Positions 30,543 through 40,351 of a stretch of 64,000 nucleotides of DNA are shown here, one piece after another (the stretch's first letter is position 1; every line of letters begins with the position of its first letter). The stretch is from contig JAWBWS010000001.1 in assembly GCA_038999725.1 (NCBI GenBank), positions 32,001 to 96,000 on the forward strand, in the 5' to 3' direction. The stretch comes from Candidatus Aenigmatarchaeota archaeon (GTDB lineage Archaea; Aenigmatarchaeota; Aenigmatarchaeia; CG10238-14; SCSR01). Under the pieces are notes generated by a model. It did no database searches. It was not told the origin of the DNA and saw only the letters and a list, made by a program, of their open reading frames with translations. The translations under genes and the position numbers were made by a program.

Positions 30543-32840
30543 ATGGTTGAAAAAGAAGAAAAAGAAATAAGGCTGAAAGTTGGTGAGCTTACAGCAAGAG
30601 AAGAAGCAGGGAGAGGAATTGTTAGAATTGATTCTTCGAACATGAACAAAATTGGAGTGAAAGAAGGCGATGTGGTTGAAATTGAAGGTTCAAGAAAAAC
30701 TGCTGCAATAGCTGTTAGAGCCTACCCTGCTGATATTGGTTTGAACATAATAAGAATGGATGGAATAGTGAGGAGAAATGCTGGCTCTGGTGTAGGGGAG
30801 TATGTAAAAGTGAGAAAAGCTGAAACGAAAGAAGCGAAAAGTGTGACAATTGCTCCTGCTGAAAGAGGATTTGTGGTTCATGTTTCCCCAGAGTTGGTTA
30901 AACAAAACCTTTACATGAGGCCTGTGGTGAAGGGTGATATTATTGTCCCCTCTCCTGTGGTAAGAAAGAGGTCTAGGGGAGGAGGTTTCTTTGAAGAATT
31001 TTTCGGCACAGACTTTTTTGAGGAATTCTTTTTCACACCATTTCCAGGAGAAACAAGATTTATAGTTACCAATACAGATCCCCCAGGGATAGTTAGAATT
31101 GGTGACATAACTGAGCTAGAGATTTTGCCAGAGCTTCCTGAAGGCTTGAAGTTGGAGGAAAAAGCAATACCTGCTGTAACTTATGAAGATATTGGTGGTA
31201 TAAGAGATGTTATTGAGAAAGTAAGGGAAATGATTGAGTTGCCTTTAAGGCATCCGGAAATTTTTGAAAGACTTGGCATTGAACCTCCAAAAGGAATTTT
31301 GCTTTATGGACCTCCGGGTACAGGTAAAACTCTGCTTGCAAAGGCTGTTGCAAATGAAAGTGGGGCAAACTTCTTCTCAATTTCCGGCCCAGAAATAATG
31401 TCGAAATTTTATGGTGAATCTGAACAAAATTTAAGAAAAATTTTTGAAGAAGCTGAAAAAAATGCTCCTTCAATAATTTTCATTGACGAGATTGATGCCA
31501 TTGCTCCAAAAAGAGAAGAAACTGCGGGAGAGGTTGAAAGAAGGGTAACAAGTCAACTTCTCACGCTTATGGATGGGTTGAAGAAAAGAGGAAAAGTTGT
31601 TGTTATTGCAGCAACAAACAGACCGAATGCTATTGATCCTGCTTTGAGAAGGGGAGGAAGATTTGATAGGGAGATAGAACTCCCTGTTCCAGATAGAGAT
31701 GGGAGACTTGAAATTTTGAAGATTCACACTAGAAACATGCCTTTAGACAAAGATGTTGATCTCAACTGGCTTGCTGACATAACTTATGGCTATGTTGGTG
31801 CAGATCTTATGGCTTTATGTAAGGAAGCAGCAATGTCAGCCCTAAGAAGAGTTTTACCAGAGATAAAGTGGAAGACTGAAGAGGAACTTCCAAAAGAGGT
31901 TATAGAAAAGCTTGTTGTTAAGAAAGAAGATTTCGAAAATGCTTTAAAGGTTGTCGAGCCTTCTGCAATGAGAGAAGTGCTGGTTGAAATCCCAAAAGTT
32001 AAGTGGGAAGACATAGGTGATTTGGAAGAAGTGAAGCAACAACTTAAGGAAATGGTGGAATGGCCTTTGAAACATCCAGAAAGTTTTGAGAGACTTGGGA
32101 TTACCCCTCCAAAAGGAATTTTGCTTTATGGACCTCCAGGCTGTGGAAAAACTCTGCTTGCAAAGGCTGTTGCAAATGAAAGTGGGGCAAACTTCATAAG
32201 TGTTAAAGGGCCTGAAGTTTTTACGATGTGGTTTGGAGAATCTGAAAGAAAGATAAGGGATTTGTTCAGAAGAGCAAGACAAGTTGCTCCAGCCATAATT
32301 TTCTTGGATGAAGTAGATGCTTTGGCTCCGAGAAGAGGTTATTATAGGGGGAGCGCCGCAACAGAAACAGTTGTATCTCAACTTTTGACAGAGCTTTCTG
32401 GGATAGAAGAAACCAAGGGAGTTGTTGTTATTGCAGCAACAAACAGACCAGATATGGTCGATCCTGCTCTGCTCAGGCCTGGGAGAATTGATAGATTTGT
32501 TCTTATACCACCACCAAACTTAAAGGCGAGACTTGAAATTTTGAAGATTCACACTAGAAACATGCCTTTGAAAGGAGTTGATCTTAAAGAAATTGCTGAG
32601 AGAACGGAAGGATTTTCCGGTGCCGACTTAGAAGCACTTTGTAGAGAGGCTGCCATGAATGCATTGAGAGAGGATATAAAAACAAAAGCTGTGGAGAAGA
32701 GGCACTTTGAAGAAGCTTTGAAAAAAATGACGCCAAGCTTGACGAAAGATGTTTTAGCTTATTATGAGAAGTTTGTTGAAAGGGCTAGGAAAGTAAGAAA
32801 GCCTGAAGAAGAAAGAGAACAATTCGGCTACATAGGATAA
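30543..32840 (+). CDS. cdc48: CDC48/VAT AAA+ ATPase
   Basis: N-domain plus two AAA modules ([16 protein letters not shown]); HbYX-like tail GYIG. Confidence 0.97.
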   Translation: MVEKEEKEIRLKVGELTAREEAGRGIVRIDSSNMNKIGVKEGDVVEIEGSRKTAAIAVRAYPADIGLNIIRMDGIVRRNAGSGVGEYVKVRKAETKEAKSVTIAPAERGFVVHVSPELVKQNLYMRPVVKGDIIVPSPVVRKRSRGGGFFEEFFGTDFFEEFFFTPFPGETRFIVTNTDPPGIVRIGDITELEILPELPEGLKLEEKAIPAVTYEDIGGIRDVIEKVREMIELPLRHPEIFERLGIEPPKGILLYGPPGTGKTLLAKAVANESGANFFSISGPEIMSKFYGESEQNLRKIFEEAEKNAPSIIFIDEIDAIAPKREETAGEVERRVTSQLLTLMDGLKKRGKVVVIAATNRPNAIDPALRRGGRFDREIELPVPDRDGRLEILKIHTRNMPLDKDVDLNWLADITYGYVGADLMALCKEAAMSALRRVLPEIKWKTEEELPKEVIEKLVVKKEDFENALKVVEPSAMREVLVEIPKVKWEDIGDLEEVKQQLKEMVEWPLKHPESFERLGITPPKGILLYGPPGCGKTLLAKAVANESGANFISVKGPEVFTMWFGESERKIRDLFRRARQVAPAIIFLDEVDALAPRRGYYRGSAATETVVSQLLTELSGIEETKGVVVIAATNRPDMVDPALLRPGRIDRFVLIPPPNLKARLEILKIHTRNMPLKGVDLKEIAERTEGFSGADLEALCREAAMNALREDIKTKAVEKRHFEEALKKMTPSLTKDVLAYYEKFVERARKVRKPEEEREQFGYIG

Positions 32841-32873
32841 AAATTTGAAAATTAAATTATTATAAGGAGAAAA

Positions 32874-33299
32874 ATGTTGATAAAAGACGTGATGAATAGG
32901 AGTGTTGTGGTAGTTAAACCCAACATTAGCTTGAGGGGAGCTTCTAAACTCATGTGCGAGAAACATATAGGAAGCTTAATAGTTGTTGAAAATGAAGAGA
33001 TAGTTGGAATCTTAACACAAACGGATATTTTGAAAGCAGTGGCGGAAGAAAGAGATTTGGATTTAACAACAGTAGAGGAAGTGATGAACAAAAAGGTCTT
33101 CACCATAGATTATGAAAAAACTATAGAGGATGCTGTGGATCTCATGATGGAAAAGAAGATAAAAAGGCTGCCTGTGACAAAGGATGGTAAACTGGTGGGA
33201 ATAATAACCGCAAGCGATATAATAACGGTTGAGCCAAAACTGATAACAGGGATTGCAAGTTTGCTTTCGATGAAAATTCCTGGATATAAGGGCGGCTAG
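32874..33299 (+). CDS. CBS-pair protein
   Basis: Two CBS motifs (IVGILTQTDI, LVGIITASDI). Confidence 0.9.
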   Translation: MLIKDVMNRSVVVVKPNISLRGASKLMCEKHIGSLIVVENEEIVGILTQTDILKAVAEERDLDLTTVEEVMNKKVFTIDYEKTIEDAVDLMMEKKIKRLPVTKDGKLVGIITASDIITVEPKLITGIASLLSMKIPGYKGG

Positions 33300-33455
33300 G
33301 TGAGAAAGATTCTGGCAAGATGCTTTTGTCCAAAACACGGTAAGCTAACCCTTGAAGAGATAGTGATTAAGAATGGAATTCCTATTTGCTCTAAGTGCTC
33401 CAGTGAACTCCAGTTTGGTAATGTGAGACCTAGATTTAACTTCAAGAAGAGATAA
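33300..33455 (+). CDS. 51-aa zinc-ribbon microprotein (not in ORF track)
   Basis: MRKILARCFCPKHG...CSKCSSEL; GTG directly after the CBS stop codon. Confidence 0.65.
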   Translation: MRKILARCFCPKHGKLTLEEIVIKNGIPICSKCSSELQFGNVRPRFNFKKR

Positions 33456-33456
33456 A

Positions 33457-33597
33457 ATGGTGGAATGCCCAAACTGTAAGTCAAAGAACATAAAGTTTAT
33501 GCCCTGGCTTGGAATAATTTACGAGTGTAAAGATTGTGGATACAGAGGACCTATAATAATCAAGAGGAAGACCAAATCCCAATCTTCCTTTCCCTAG
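33457..33597 (+). CDS. 46-aa zinc-ribbon microprotein (not in ORF track)
   Basis: MVECPNCKS...YECKDCGYRGP. Confidence 0.7.
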   Translation: MVECPNCKSKNIKFMPWLGIIYECKDCGYRGPIIIKRKTKSQSSFP

Positions 33598-34006
33598 CTT
33601 CTTGCTCTGCTTTTTGAAGGCAATTATAATATTTGCTGTTTTCCCTTCCTACATTCTTGGCAAACCCAAGCCTAACCAACTCACAATTGACAAGCTTTCC
33701 ATCTGAAAAAACATATCTCAAGAGTCTCCCATACTTATCTCTCTCCAAAAAAGGGTCTTTCTCTAGGACAATTTTTCCTCCCTCAACCATTTCTCTTAAA
33801 GCAAGGGTAGCTTCTTGGTAAAAAGGTTCTGAAGCCTCTGGGGCATCTATATCAAGAAGCCTTATTCTCTCACCGTTTTTCAACTCTATTGTATCCCCAT
33901 CTATAACTAGAATATATTCTTCCCCAGCATCTAGGTAAATTGACTTCATTAGCCAAAAAAAGATTAAGAGGATTGTTGGGAGAAAGTAGATTATTCTCCT
34001 AAGCAT
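33560..34006 (-). CDS. Thermonuclease (SNase) family protein
   Basis: VIDGDT, IRLLDIDAPE, DKYGRLLRYV. Confidence 0.92.
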   Translation of the reverse strand: MLRRIIYFLPTILLIFFWLMKSIYLDAGEEYILVIDGDTIELKNGERIRLLDIDAPEASEPFYQEATLALREMVEGGKIVLEKDPFLERDKYGRLLRYVFSDGKLVNCELVRLGFAKNVGRENSKYYNCLQKAEQEARERKIGIWSSS

Positions 34007-34122
34007 GTTCCATTTCTATCTTTTGATGCAATTAATCTTTCTTCACCTACTCTATAAGATAGGAAAAATAACCACTTTACAGTAGAGTCAGAGATAGGTT
34101 TTTAAATACAGTCCTACAAAGT

Positions 34123-34245
34123 ATGGTTAAGATGAGTATGACATTACCACAACTTAAACTATGGCAATGGGCCGTTGTTGCAATAGTAGTAATAGTTCTT
34201 CTAGTGCTGCTGGCCCAGTATATGGGATGGATAACCCTATTCTAA
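34123..34245 (+). CDS. Single-TM microprotein (~35-40 aa; not in ORF track)
   Basis: LKLWQWAVVAIVVIVLLVLLAQYMGWITLF; TATA at ~34101; T-rich tract downstream. Confidence 0.55.
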   Translation: MVKMSMTLPQLKLWQWAVVAIVVIVLLVLLAQYMGWITLF

Positions 34246-34281
34246 ACAAACTTTCCAAACCTTTTCTTTCTTTTTTTAAAA

Positions 34282-34513
34282 CTAGCTAGCTATGTTTTTC
34301 TCGAATTTTATTCCCCTCTCGAAAGCTTTCTCATCTACATGCCCATATTTTTCTATGACTTCAGAAGATCGTGTTTCCCCAAGCTTTTTTGAACAATCCT
34401 CACAAACCGTCACAACCCTTTTTACTATCTTCATCCCCAAGGGTGAAAACCTTCCCATTTCCTCCACATAAGTCACATTTGCCTTCAAAAGTGGCCGAAA
34501 GCTTTATTCTCAT
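34282..34513 (-). pseudogene. Zinc-ribbon protein (CDLC...CEDC) split by a 1-nt frameshift
   Basis: ATG at 34513 gives MRIKLSATFEGKCDLCGG...DSKK; the second CxxC lies in the +1 frame after the A5G3 run at ~34416-34423. Confidence 0.6.
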
Positions 34514-34544
34514 TATCACTATTTGTTCCCCATCCTATTTAAAC

Positions 34545-35012
34545 TCAGAGTCTATCCAGGAGCAAGTGAAGGGAATAGAGGGAGTAAATTAAAGAGAAAG
34601 AAAGGAGAGAATCATGAAAGTTAAAGTTAAAGGTTAGACAAAGGAAAAAAGTTGCTAGGAGTGAAAAGATGAGGGAAAAGGCAAAAGTGTGAGTAATTCC
34701 TCTATGTTTGCTTGGCCAGAGGGTTATTAAGAAGTAGGAGAGAAAAAAATAGGGAAAAGCGTAGTACCATGTGTTTGGAAAAAGGATAAAATAAACTAAG
34801 GCAAGAAGTGATGAAAAAAATAGGGAAAAGGTTTTTCTTGATTTGGATTTTCTCATATCTATATCTGGAAAAATGCTTACAATTAGAGTAAGTAAAATGA
34901 AAACAAGGATTTTTCGGAAGCTTAGGTTAAAGATGGGAAGAAGTTGATTGAAAGCAATAAAAAGAGAAAATAGAAGGAGACCAAAAATCAAATGAACTTT
35001 CCAATCTGGCAT
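34545..35012 (-). CDS. Membrane metal-dependent hydrolase (YdjM/DUF457-like)
   Basis: H...PDID...HRGITH...HLLLD. Confidence 0.85.
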   Translation of the reverse strand: MPDWKVHLIFGLLLFSLFIAFNQLLPIFNLSFRKILVFILLTLIVSIFPDIDMRKSKSRKTFSLFFSSLLALVYFILFPNTWYYAFPYFFLSYFLITLWPSKHRGITHTFAFSLIFSLLATFFLCLTFNFNFHDSLLSFSLIYSLYSLHLLLDRL

Positions 35013-35025
35013 CCAACCACAAAAA

Positions 35026-35137
35026 TAGCCCCGGGCAGATTCGAACTGCCGTGTTCAGGTTTCTTTCTTCATCTTTTATCCGAGCTTTAGACTTTAAGTC
35101 CAAAGCCTGACATCCTTGACCGCTAGATGACGGGGCT
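35026..35137 (-). tRNA. trnQ: tRNA-Gln(TTG) with 39-nt intron at 37/38 (35061-35099)
   Basis: Acceptor AGCCCCG/CGGGGCT; anticodon stem TCAGG/CCTGA; BHB central helix CTTT/AAAG; mature 73 nt. Confidence 0.93.
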
Positions 35138-35173
35138 GTCTAAAAATAATTTAATCTTTTTATAAAATTTATT

Positions 35174-35404
35174 CTATTTATCCATTCCCACGACTTTAAT
35201 CCCCTTTGTTGTCACCACATAACTGCTTGAACCAAGGGGTGAAACTTTAGCTAAATAGCCCTTCTCTTCCAGGGATTTAAGTACATTCTCTAAAACAACA
35301 AGATCAGCTTTACCTTCAACCAACTTGAAAAGCTCCTCCTTGCTCATCACAAGCTTTTTAGCAATTTCCTCAAGAATTTCTTTTTCTATTCCATCAACTT
35401 CCAT
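35174..35404 (-). CDS. Small winged-helix protein
   Basis: LKSLEEKGYL...YVVTTKG. Confidence 0.75.
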   Translation of the reverse strand: MEVDGIEKEILEEIAKKLVMSKEELFKLVEGKADLVVLENVLKSLEEKGYLAKVSPLGSSSYVVTTKGIKVVGMDK

Positions 35405-35938
35405 TCAAGCCACCAGCTGCTCTTTAAGCTCCCAGGCTTTTTCCCTTCCCAAAAGCTTTTCAACTATAGCTAAAGCGAATTCGAGGGCAGTTCCTGGCCC
35501 TTGGGAAGTTATAATATTTGCATCTACAACAACCCTTTCATCTCTTGGGTATGGTAATTCTTTTTCCATTCCAGGATAAATTGTTGCCTTTTTATTATCT
35601 AACAAATGGTATTTTGCTAAGATTGAGGGAGCAGCGCAAATAGCTGCTATAAGCTTTCCCTTTTCATTCATTTTTTCCAAGAATTCTTTGACTTTGCTTG
35701 ATTTCAAAAGATTGGCAACACCTTTCGAGCCTCCTGGCAACACAATTCCATCGTATTTTTCCAAATCAACTTCATTCATCTTCTTATCGGCCATTACTCT
35801 TATATTATGACTCCCTGTAACCCAGCCGGCTGTTATGCCAACTGTATCAACCTCCATACCAGCTCTTCTCAGCACGTCTATTACAGTAATTGCTTCTATC
35901 TCTTCAAAACCATCTGCAAGCAAAACAAGAATTCTCAT
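35405..35938 (-). CDS. DJ-1/PfpI (YajL-like) protein
   Basis: GFEEIE, LPGG, AICAAP. Confidence 0.93.
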   Translation of the reverse strand: MRILVLLADGFEEIEAITVIDVLRRAGMEVDTVGITAGWVTGSHNIRVMADKKMNEVDLEKYDGIVLPGGSKGVANLLKSSKVKEFLEKMNEKGKLIAAICAAPSILAKYHLLDNKKATIYPGMEKELPYPRDERVVVDANIITSQGPGTALEFALAIVEKLLGREKAWELKEQLVA

Positions 35939-35969
35939 AAATTAATTTTTGTTTTCATTTTATTTATTT

Positions 35970-36317
35970 ATGAGAAAATTCAAGCAGGTGATTCTTGTAA
36001 GAACAGATTTGAAAATGGGAAAGGGAAAGATAGCAACTCAAGTCGCACACGCTGCCATAGGTGCTTTAAAGCTGGTGAATGAAGAAATAATAAAAAAATG
36101 GGAAAGAGAGGGGAGCAAAAAAGTTGTGTTAAAGGTTAAAAATGGGAAAGAATTGGAAGAAATTTGGAAGAAAGTAAAGAAAGAAAGAATTCCTTGTTTT
36201 CTTGTGAAAGATGCTGGTTTAACTCAAGTCGAGTCAGGAACTATAACAGCTTTAGGAATTGGGCCTGTAGAAGAGGAAAAAATTGACAAGATAACTGGTA
36301 AATTAAAGTTGCTATAG
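35970..36317 (+). CDS. pth2: Peptidyl-tRNA hydrolase 2
   Basis: RTDLKMGKGKIATQVAHA, DAGLTQ, GIGP. Confidence 0.95.
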   Translation: MRKFKQVILVRTDLKMGKGKIATQVAHAAIGALKLVNEEIIKKWEREGSKKVVLKVKNGKELEEIWKKVKKERIPCFLVKDAGLTQVESGTITALGIGPVEEEKIDKITGKLKLL

Positions 36318-36325
36318 ATGATTAA

Positions 36326-37801
36326 ATGATAAGTGGAAAATCAGTTGAAAGGGTAAATCTGAGAGAAAATGCAATGATTCTCATTATTTTTTTTCTTTCC
36401 ACAATTTGGTTTATTTTTCAGCACCGTGTTTGTGTAGGTTGGGATTTTGCCGCCTATGTTCTTAACGCAAAATATTGGTTTGGTGAAAGAATTTATTTTG
36501 AACCTTTAAGGCCACCTCTCACGCCTTTCATCATTGGTGTTTTTGGTTCTGTTTTTGGTTGGAAGGCATCAGAATATTTATACATAATTTTAACTTCTTC
36601 CATTTTTCTTTTCTCAACCCTCAAATTGGCTAAAAGTTTGAATTTAAACAGACTCTGTTTTTATGCAATTTCCTTAAATATTTATGTTTTATTAACTGGT
36701 CTTTTCGTTGGCACCGAATTGCTCTCTTTTGCTTTTCTTCAACTCTTTATAGCAGGTTTGATTGAAGGGAAAAATTCTGGCCACTTTCTAGCATTATCTT
36801 CCTTGACAAGATATAATCTTTTGTCAATGCTTCCTTTATTAATTTGCTATAAAAAACCGAGGAAAATTATAAAAAATTTTCTCTTATTCTTTTTTGTTTG
36901 GCTTCCTTGGCTCATTTACAACTATTTTTCATATGGAAACATTTTAGCTAGTTTCTTTGATAATTACTTGCTTAATATAAAAGAGAGGCAGTATATGTAT
37001 CAAACATTTAATCCAACTCATATTCTACTTGTTACAAATTTTTTAACTCCCTTCTTCTTCCTTAGTTTGTTCCATTTCCTGCTCAGCTTGAGAAGGAAAC
37101 CCATCACGCTGAAATTTTTATTGAGCAAAAAAATTGAATTTTTAATGTTGTTAATTTTTATAATCACAATCCTTCTCTACATTAACACGCCCCTCAAAGA
37201 TCCTAGATTTTTGTTTAACCTAACCCTTCCTGTAGTTTATTTTTCTAGTATTGCCTACCCCTTCAAAAAATTCAGGAAAAGCCTCATGTTATTTTCTATA
37301 ACAATATTCATATTTTCATTGATATCTTCATTGCTTTTGTCTCCCCAAGAAACTGATTCTTGTCTACAACCTTATAAGGCGGCAGTTGAAAGAATAGAAA
37401 ATTTAAATCTGAAAAACTGCTCGATGATGTCCAATGGTTGGGTATACCTCAACTATTTAGGTCAAGCTTCTAAACCAAGCCTGAGAAAAGAATTAGTTTT
37501 GCCTTTGATTCAAGAAGGAGAATTGATCCTACTTTTTTACCACATAAGTGAGCCAGAATATACTAAAAACTCCACATTTATTGAAAACCTACCAATAATT
37601 TATAAGGACAACAGATATGTCTTGATTGGGAATTCCAGATGTAAAGAAAAAGAAATTTTCGATATGTCATACTTAAACCAATTGGCCCAAATCATTCAGA
37701 AGATTTACAACTATTCTATCGATGAAAACTATTGCAAACTTATATTTGATAATGATGTTTTAGCGAAACTTTGCAATCTAGCCACTTACCTAAAAAACTA
37801 A
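36326..37801 (+). CDS. GT-C/PMT-like membrane glycosyltransferase
   Basis: WD..Y...A, RPPL, multiple TMs, KDPRF. Confidence 0.75.
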   Translation: MISGKSVERVNLRENAMILIIFFLSTIWFIFQHRVCVGWDFAAYVLNAKYWFGERIYFEPLRPPLTPFIIGVFGSVFGWKASEYLYIILTSSIFLFSTLKLAKSLNLNRLCFYAISLNIYVLLTGLFVGTELLSFAFLQLFIAGLIEGKNSGHFLALSSLTRYNLLSMLPLLICYKKPRKIIKNFLLFFFVWLPWLIYNYFSYGNILASFFDNYLLNIKERQYMYQTFNPTHILLVTNFLTPFFFLSLFHFLLSLRRKPITLKFLLSKKIEFLMLLIFIITILLYINTPLKDPRFLFNLTLPVVYFSSIAYPFKKFRKSLMLFSITIFIFSLISSLLLSPQETDSCLQPYKAAVERIENLNLKNCSMMSNGWVYLNYLGQASKPSLRKELVLPLIQEGELILLFYHISEPEYTKNSTFIENLPIIYKDNRYVLIGNSRCKEKEIFDMSYLNQLAQIIQKIYNYSIDENYCKLIFDNDVLAKLCNLATYLKN

Positions 37802-38433
37802 ATTAGCTTCTTTATTTTTTCCATATCCTGAAATCCTGGATAAACCTTCTCATTGATTACCAATGTAGGCACAAAAGTTATTCCATACTTTTTCTTTAAA
37901 GCAGCTATGGCTGGGTTTTCTATATCAAAATCAAAGGCGTAAATTGTAACTTTTTCTGGATATTTTTCATAAATGTGATCCAACACAAATCCCTGATTCT
38001 CGCTTTCTGTGACATTTTCGCGATTTGAATAGAAAAAAATTATAATCGTGACATTTTTACCACATTTTTCTTTCCATGTTTGTATAAGCAAAAGATGATT
38101 AATTAAAAGTAATTCATACTCTTCTTTCAACCTCAACACATACACATCGTTTTTTCCTCTCAAGTTTTCTAGCATTGCAACTTCTCTTCCCAATTCAAGT
38201 TTTTCTTTACCCATTTCTTTCAAAACATCATAATTACAAATCTCTCCCTCCAAAATTTTTGCTTGAAGTATAGCACCACTTATCTTGTTTTTTATTTCAT
38301 CATAGGTCGAAAACATCTCTTTTATCCTAAAATCTGATATATAATAACCCAAGAAAATTCCTAGGAGGAATATGGAAAGTGTTATTATTAAAGCTTCCAC
38401 ATACCTTCCTGTGCTCAATTTTCTTTTTTGCAT
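37798..38433 (-). CDS. Membrane-anchored thioredoxin-fold protein
   Basis: N-terminal TM; YGITFVPTLVIN; lacks CxxC. Confidence 0.65.
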   Translation of the reverse strand: MQKRKLSTGRYVEALIITLSIFLLGIFLGYYISDFRIKEMFSTYDEIKNKISGAILQAKILEGEICNYDVLKEMGKEKLELGREVAMLENLRGKNDVYVLRLKEEYELLLINHLLLIQTWKEKCGKNVTIIIFFYSNRENVTESENQGFVLDHIYEKYPEKVTIYAFDFDIENPAIAALKKKYGITFVPTLVINEKVYPGFQDMEKIKKLI

Positions 38434-38458
38434 ATTATTAATTGTAATTAAAATAAAT

Positions 38459-39670
38459 TTACCATTTTGGTTTTTTCCTGAAGAAGAGTCTAGAAAGAGT
38501 TATAATTTCAAATAAAGACAAAACCCAAGAATAGAAAAGAATATGGACTAGAAATCTCTTAAACTTAATTTTTCTATTCTTTCCTCTTATTAGAAGAAAA
38601 AACAAAATCGAAATCAAGAACATGAAAATAAATGCAAAAGTTCTTATGTCAAGTAGTGTGTAAAACAATACTGTGCTTGAGAAAATAGATTTAGTATTGA
38701 TTTCATAATTCACAAGTTGTAATAATTCAAGTGATCTCAGAGTGGTGGTAATAGTGTTGAGGATATTTAAGAAAATTACTAGCAAGAGTGCTCCAATGCA
38801 TATTAAAATTTGGGGTAGGATGAAAGCTCCCAAATCACCGTATTCAAGTCCTAGCAACTTTCTATATTTTATCAATTCAACAAAAGTGCCGTACCTCCAT
38901 CTTACCCTTTGTCTCATCAAACCTCTGAAATTATTTGGGACTACTGTGTGAACTTTAGCATCATAAGCATGCGCGATGTTGAAACCATGAAGATTTATTC
39001 TCAAACCAATCTCAAAATCTTCCGTGAGACTATTTTCATCAAACCCACCGTATTTTTTGAAAAATTGAGATTTGAAGAGTACTGCGGCCGGTGCAACTGG
39101 AATTGAGTAAATTGAGGCTGTGAGCTTTCTGAAGAAATTCATGATGATGTATTCTGTCTCTTGTATTTTTTCTAAGAGATTTCTAGGCTTATAAACTTCT
39201 ATTGAAGGCAATACAGCAACCGTATCTTTATCTTGAATTTCTGAAACCATTTTAATCAAAGTGTTTTTTTCAAGAAAGCAATCTGCATCCATAGTCAAAA
39301 CAAACTCACTTTTTACCTTTTTAAGACCATAATTTAAAGCACTTGCCTTTCCTCCCTTTTCTTTCCTATATACTCTTACACCCTGCTTTCTAAATTTACT
39401 TACAATCTCATAAGTTCTATCGGTAGAGCCATCATCCACAACAATTATCTCTAGCTTATTTTTGGGATAGTTTGAATTCAAAATGGATTTAATTGCTTTT
39501 CCTATGTTTTTTTCTTCATTGTAAGCTGGAATTATCACAGAAATCTTTGGAAATTTTCCACTAAATTTCTTACCATCAAAATCACTAGATTTTTGGATAA
39601 AAAGAAGAAAAAACCAAATTGCTATGTAAGTGTAAATGAAGCAAACTGCTAGTATGATAAACAACATCAC
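38459..39670 (-). CDS. GT2 processive glycosyltransferase
   Basis: PAYNEE, DDGS, DAD, TED, QRVRW. Confidence 0.93.
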   Translation of the reverse strand: MMLFIILAVCFIYTYIAIWFFLLFIQKSSDFDGKKFSGKFPKISVIIPAYNEEKNIGKAIKSILNSNYPKNKLEIIVVDDGSTDRTYEIVSKFRKQGVRVYRKEKGGKASALNYGLKKVKSEFVLTMDADCFLEKNTLIKMVSEIQDKDTVAVLPSIEVYKPRNLLEKIQETEYIIMNFFRKLTASIYSIPVAPAAVLFKSQFFKKYGGFDENSLTEDFEIGLRINLHGFNIAHAYDAKVHTVVPNNFRGLMRQRVRWRYGTFVELIKYRKLLGLEYGDLGAFILPQILICIGALLLVIFLNILNTITTTLRSLELLQLVNYEINTKSIFSSTVLFYTLLDIRTFAFIFMFLISILFFLLIRGKNRKIKFKRFLVHILFYSWVLSLFEIITLSRLFFRKKPKW

Positions 39671-39701
39671 TCCAATCTAAATCTTATTTGACTGTAAAAA
39701 A

Positions 39702-40280
39702 TTAAACTTTTATCTCAAGTATAGACATTAAGAATTTAACTACAGCCAAATCAAAATTTTTCAACTGCTCCCTTAGGCTTGTCGCATTCCTGCCTTGAAT
39801 GTAAACAACATGATCTTCCAGTTTTACTGAAGTTTCATTTGAAAAGACTGGATGAACGAGGGCAATTATCGGATTTTCTCTTCTTCCTCTTAGATTTTCA
39901 TAACTTGTAACATTAACAACTTTGAAGTTTGGCATGTAGGCAAAATTAAGCTTGTAAGCTATTGCAAGCTTGTTCACTATTTCAAAAACTTCAATTGCAT
40001 AATGGGCATTGGTTTGGTTTTCACCTGGTTTAAAAACTATTGTTATGTTTTCTACAAGCTGATTCATAATTTCTTTGCGAATCGTTTCTTCGCTTGGATA
40101 AACTACCACATCTTTTACATCTCTTAAATTAACTCTGAATCTCATCTTGACTCCCATATAGTTTACGGAATAGATTGGAAATGGTATATAGGGGTATAGT
40201 GTTATAAGTAATAAGATTGCTAGCAAGAAAAATGTCAAAACTATAATCTTTCCTCTTGTTATAATTACCTTAACTTTCAT
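39702..40280 (-). CDS. Membrane-anchored hypothetical protein
   Basis: 192-aa ORF with N-terminal TM. Confidence 0.7.
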   Translation of the reverse strand: MKVKVIITRGKIIVLTFFLLAILLLITLYPYIPFPIYSVNYMGVKMRFRVNLRDVKDVVVYPSEETIRKEIMNQLVENITIVFKPGENQTNAHYAIEVFEIVNKLAIAYKLNFAYMPNFKVVNVTSYENLRGRRENPIIALVHPVFSNETSVKLEDHVVYIQGRNATSLREQLKNFDLAVVKFLMSILEIKV

Positions 40281-40351
40281 AGAATTAGAATTTGTTTTTC
40301 AAAAATAAAAAGAAAGGGAAAGCTGTCAAAGATTCCAGCAAGGCATCAGCC

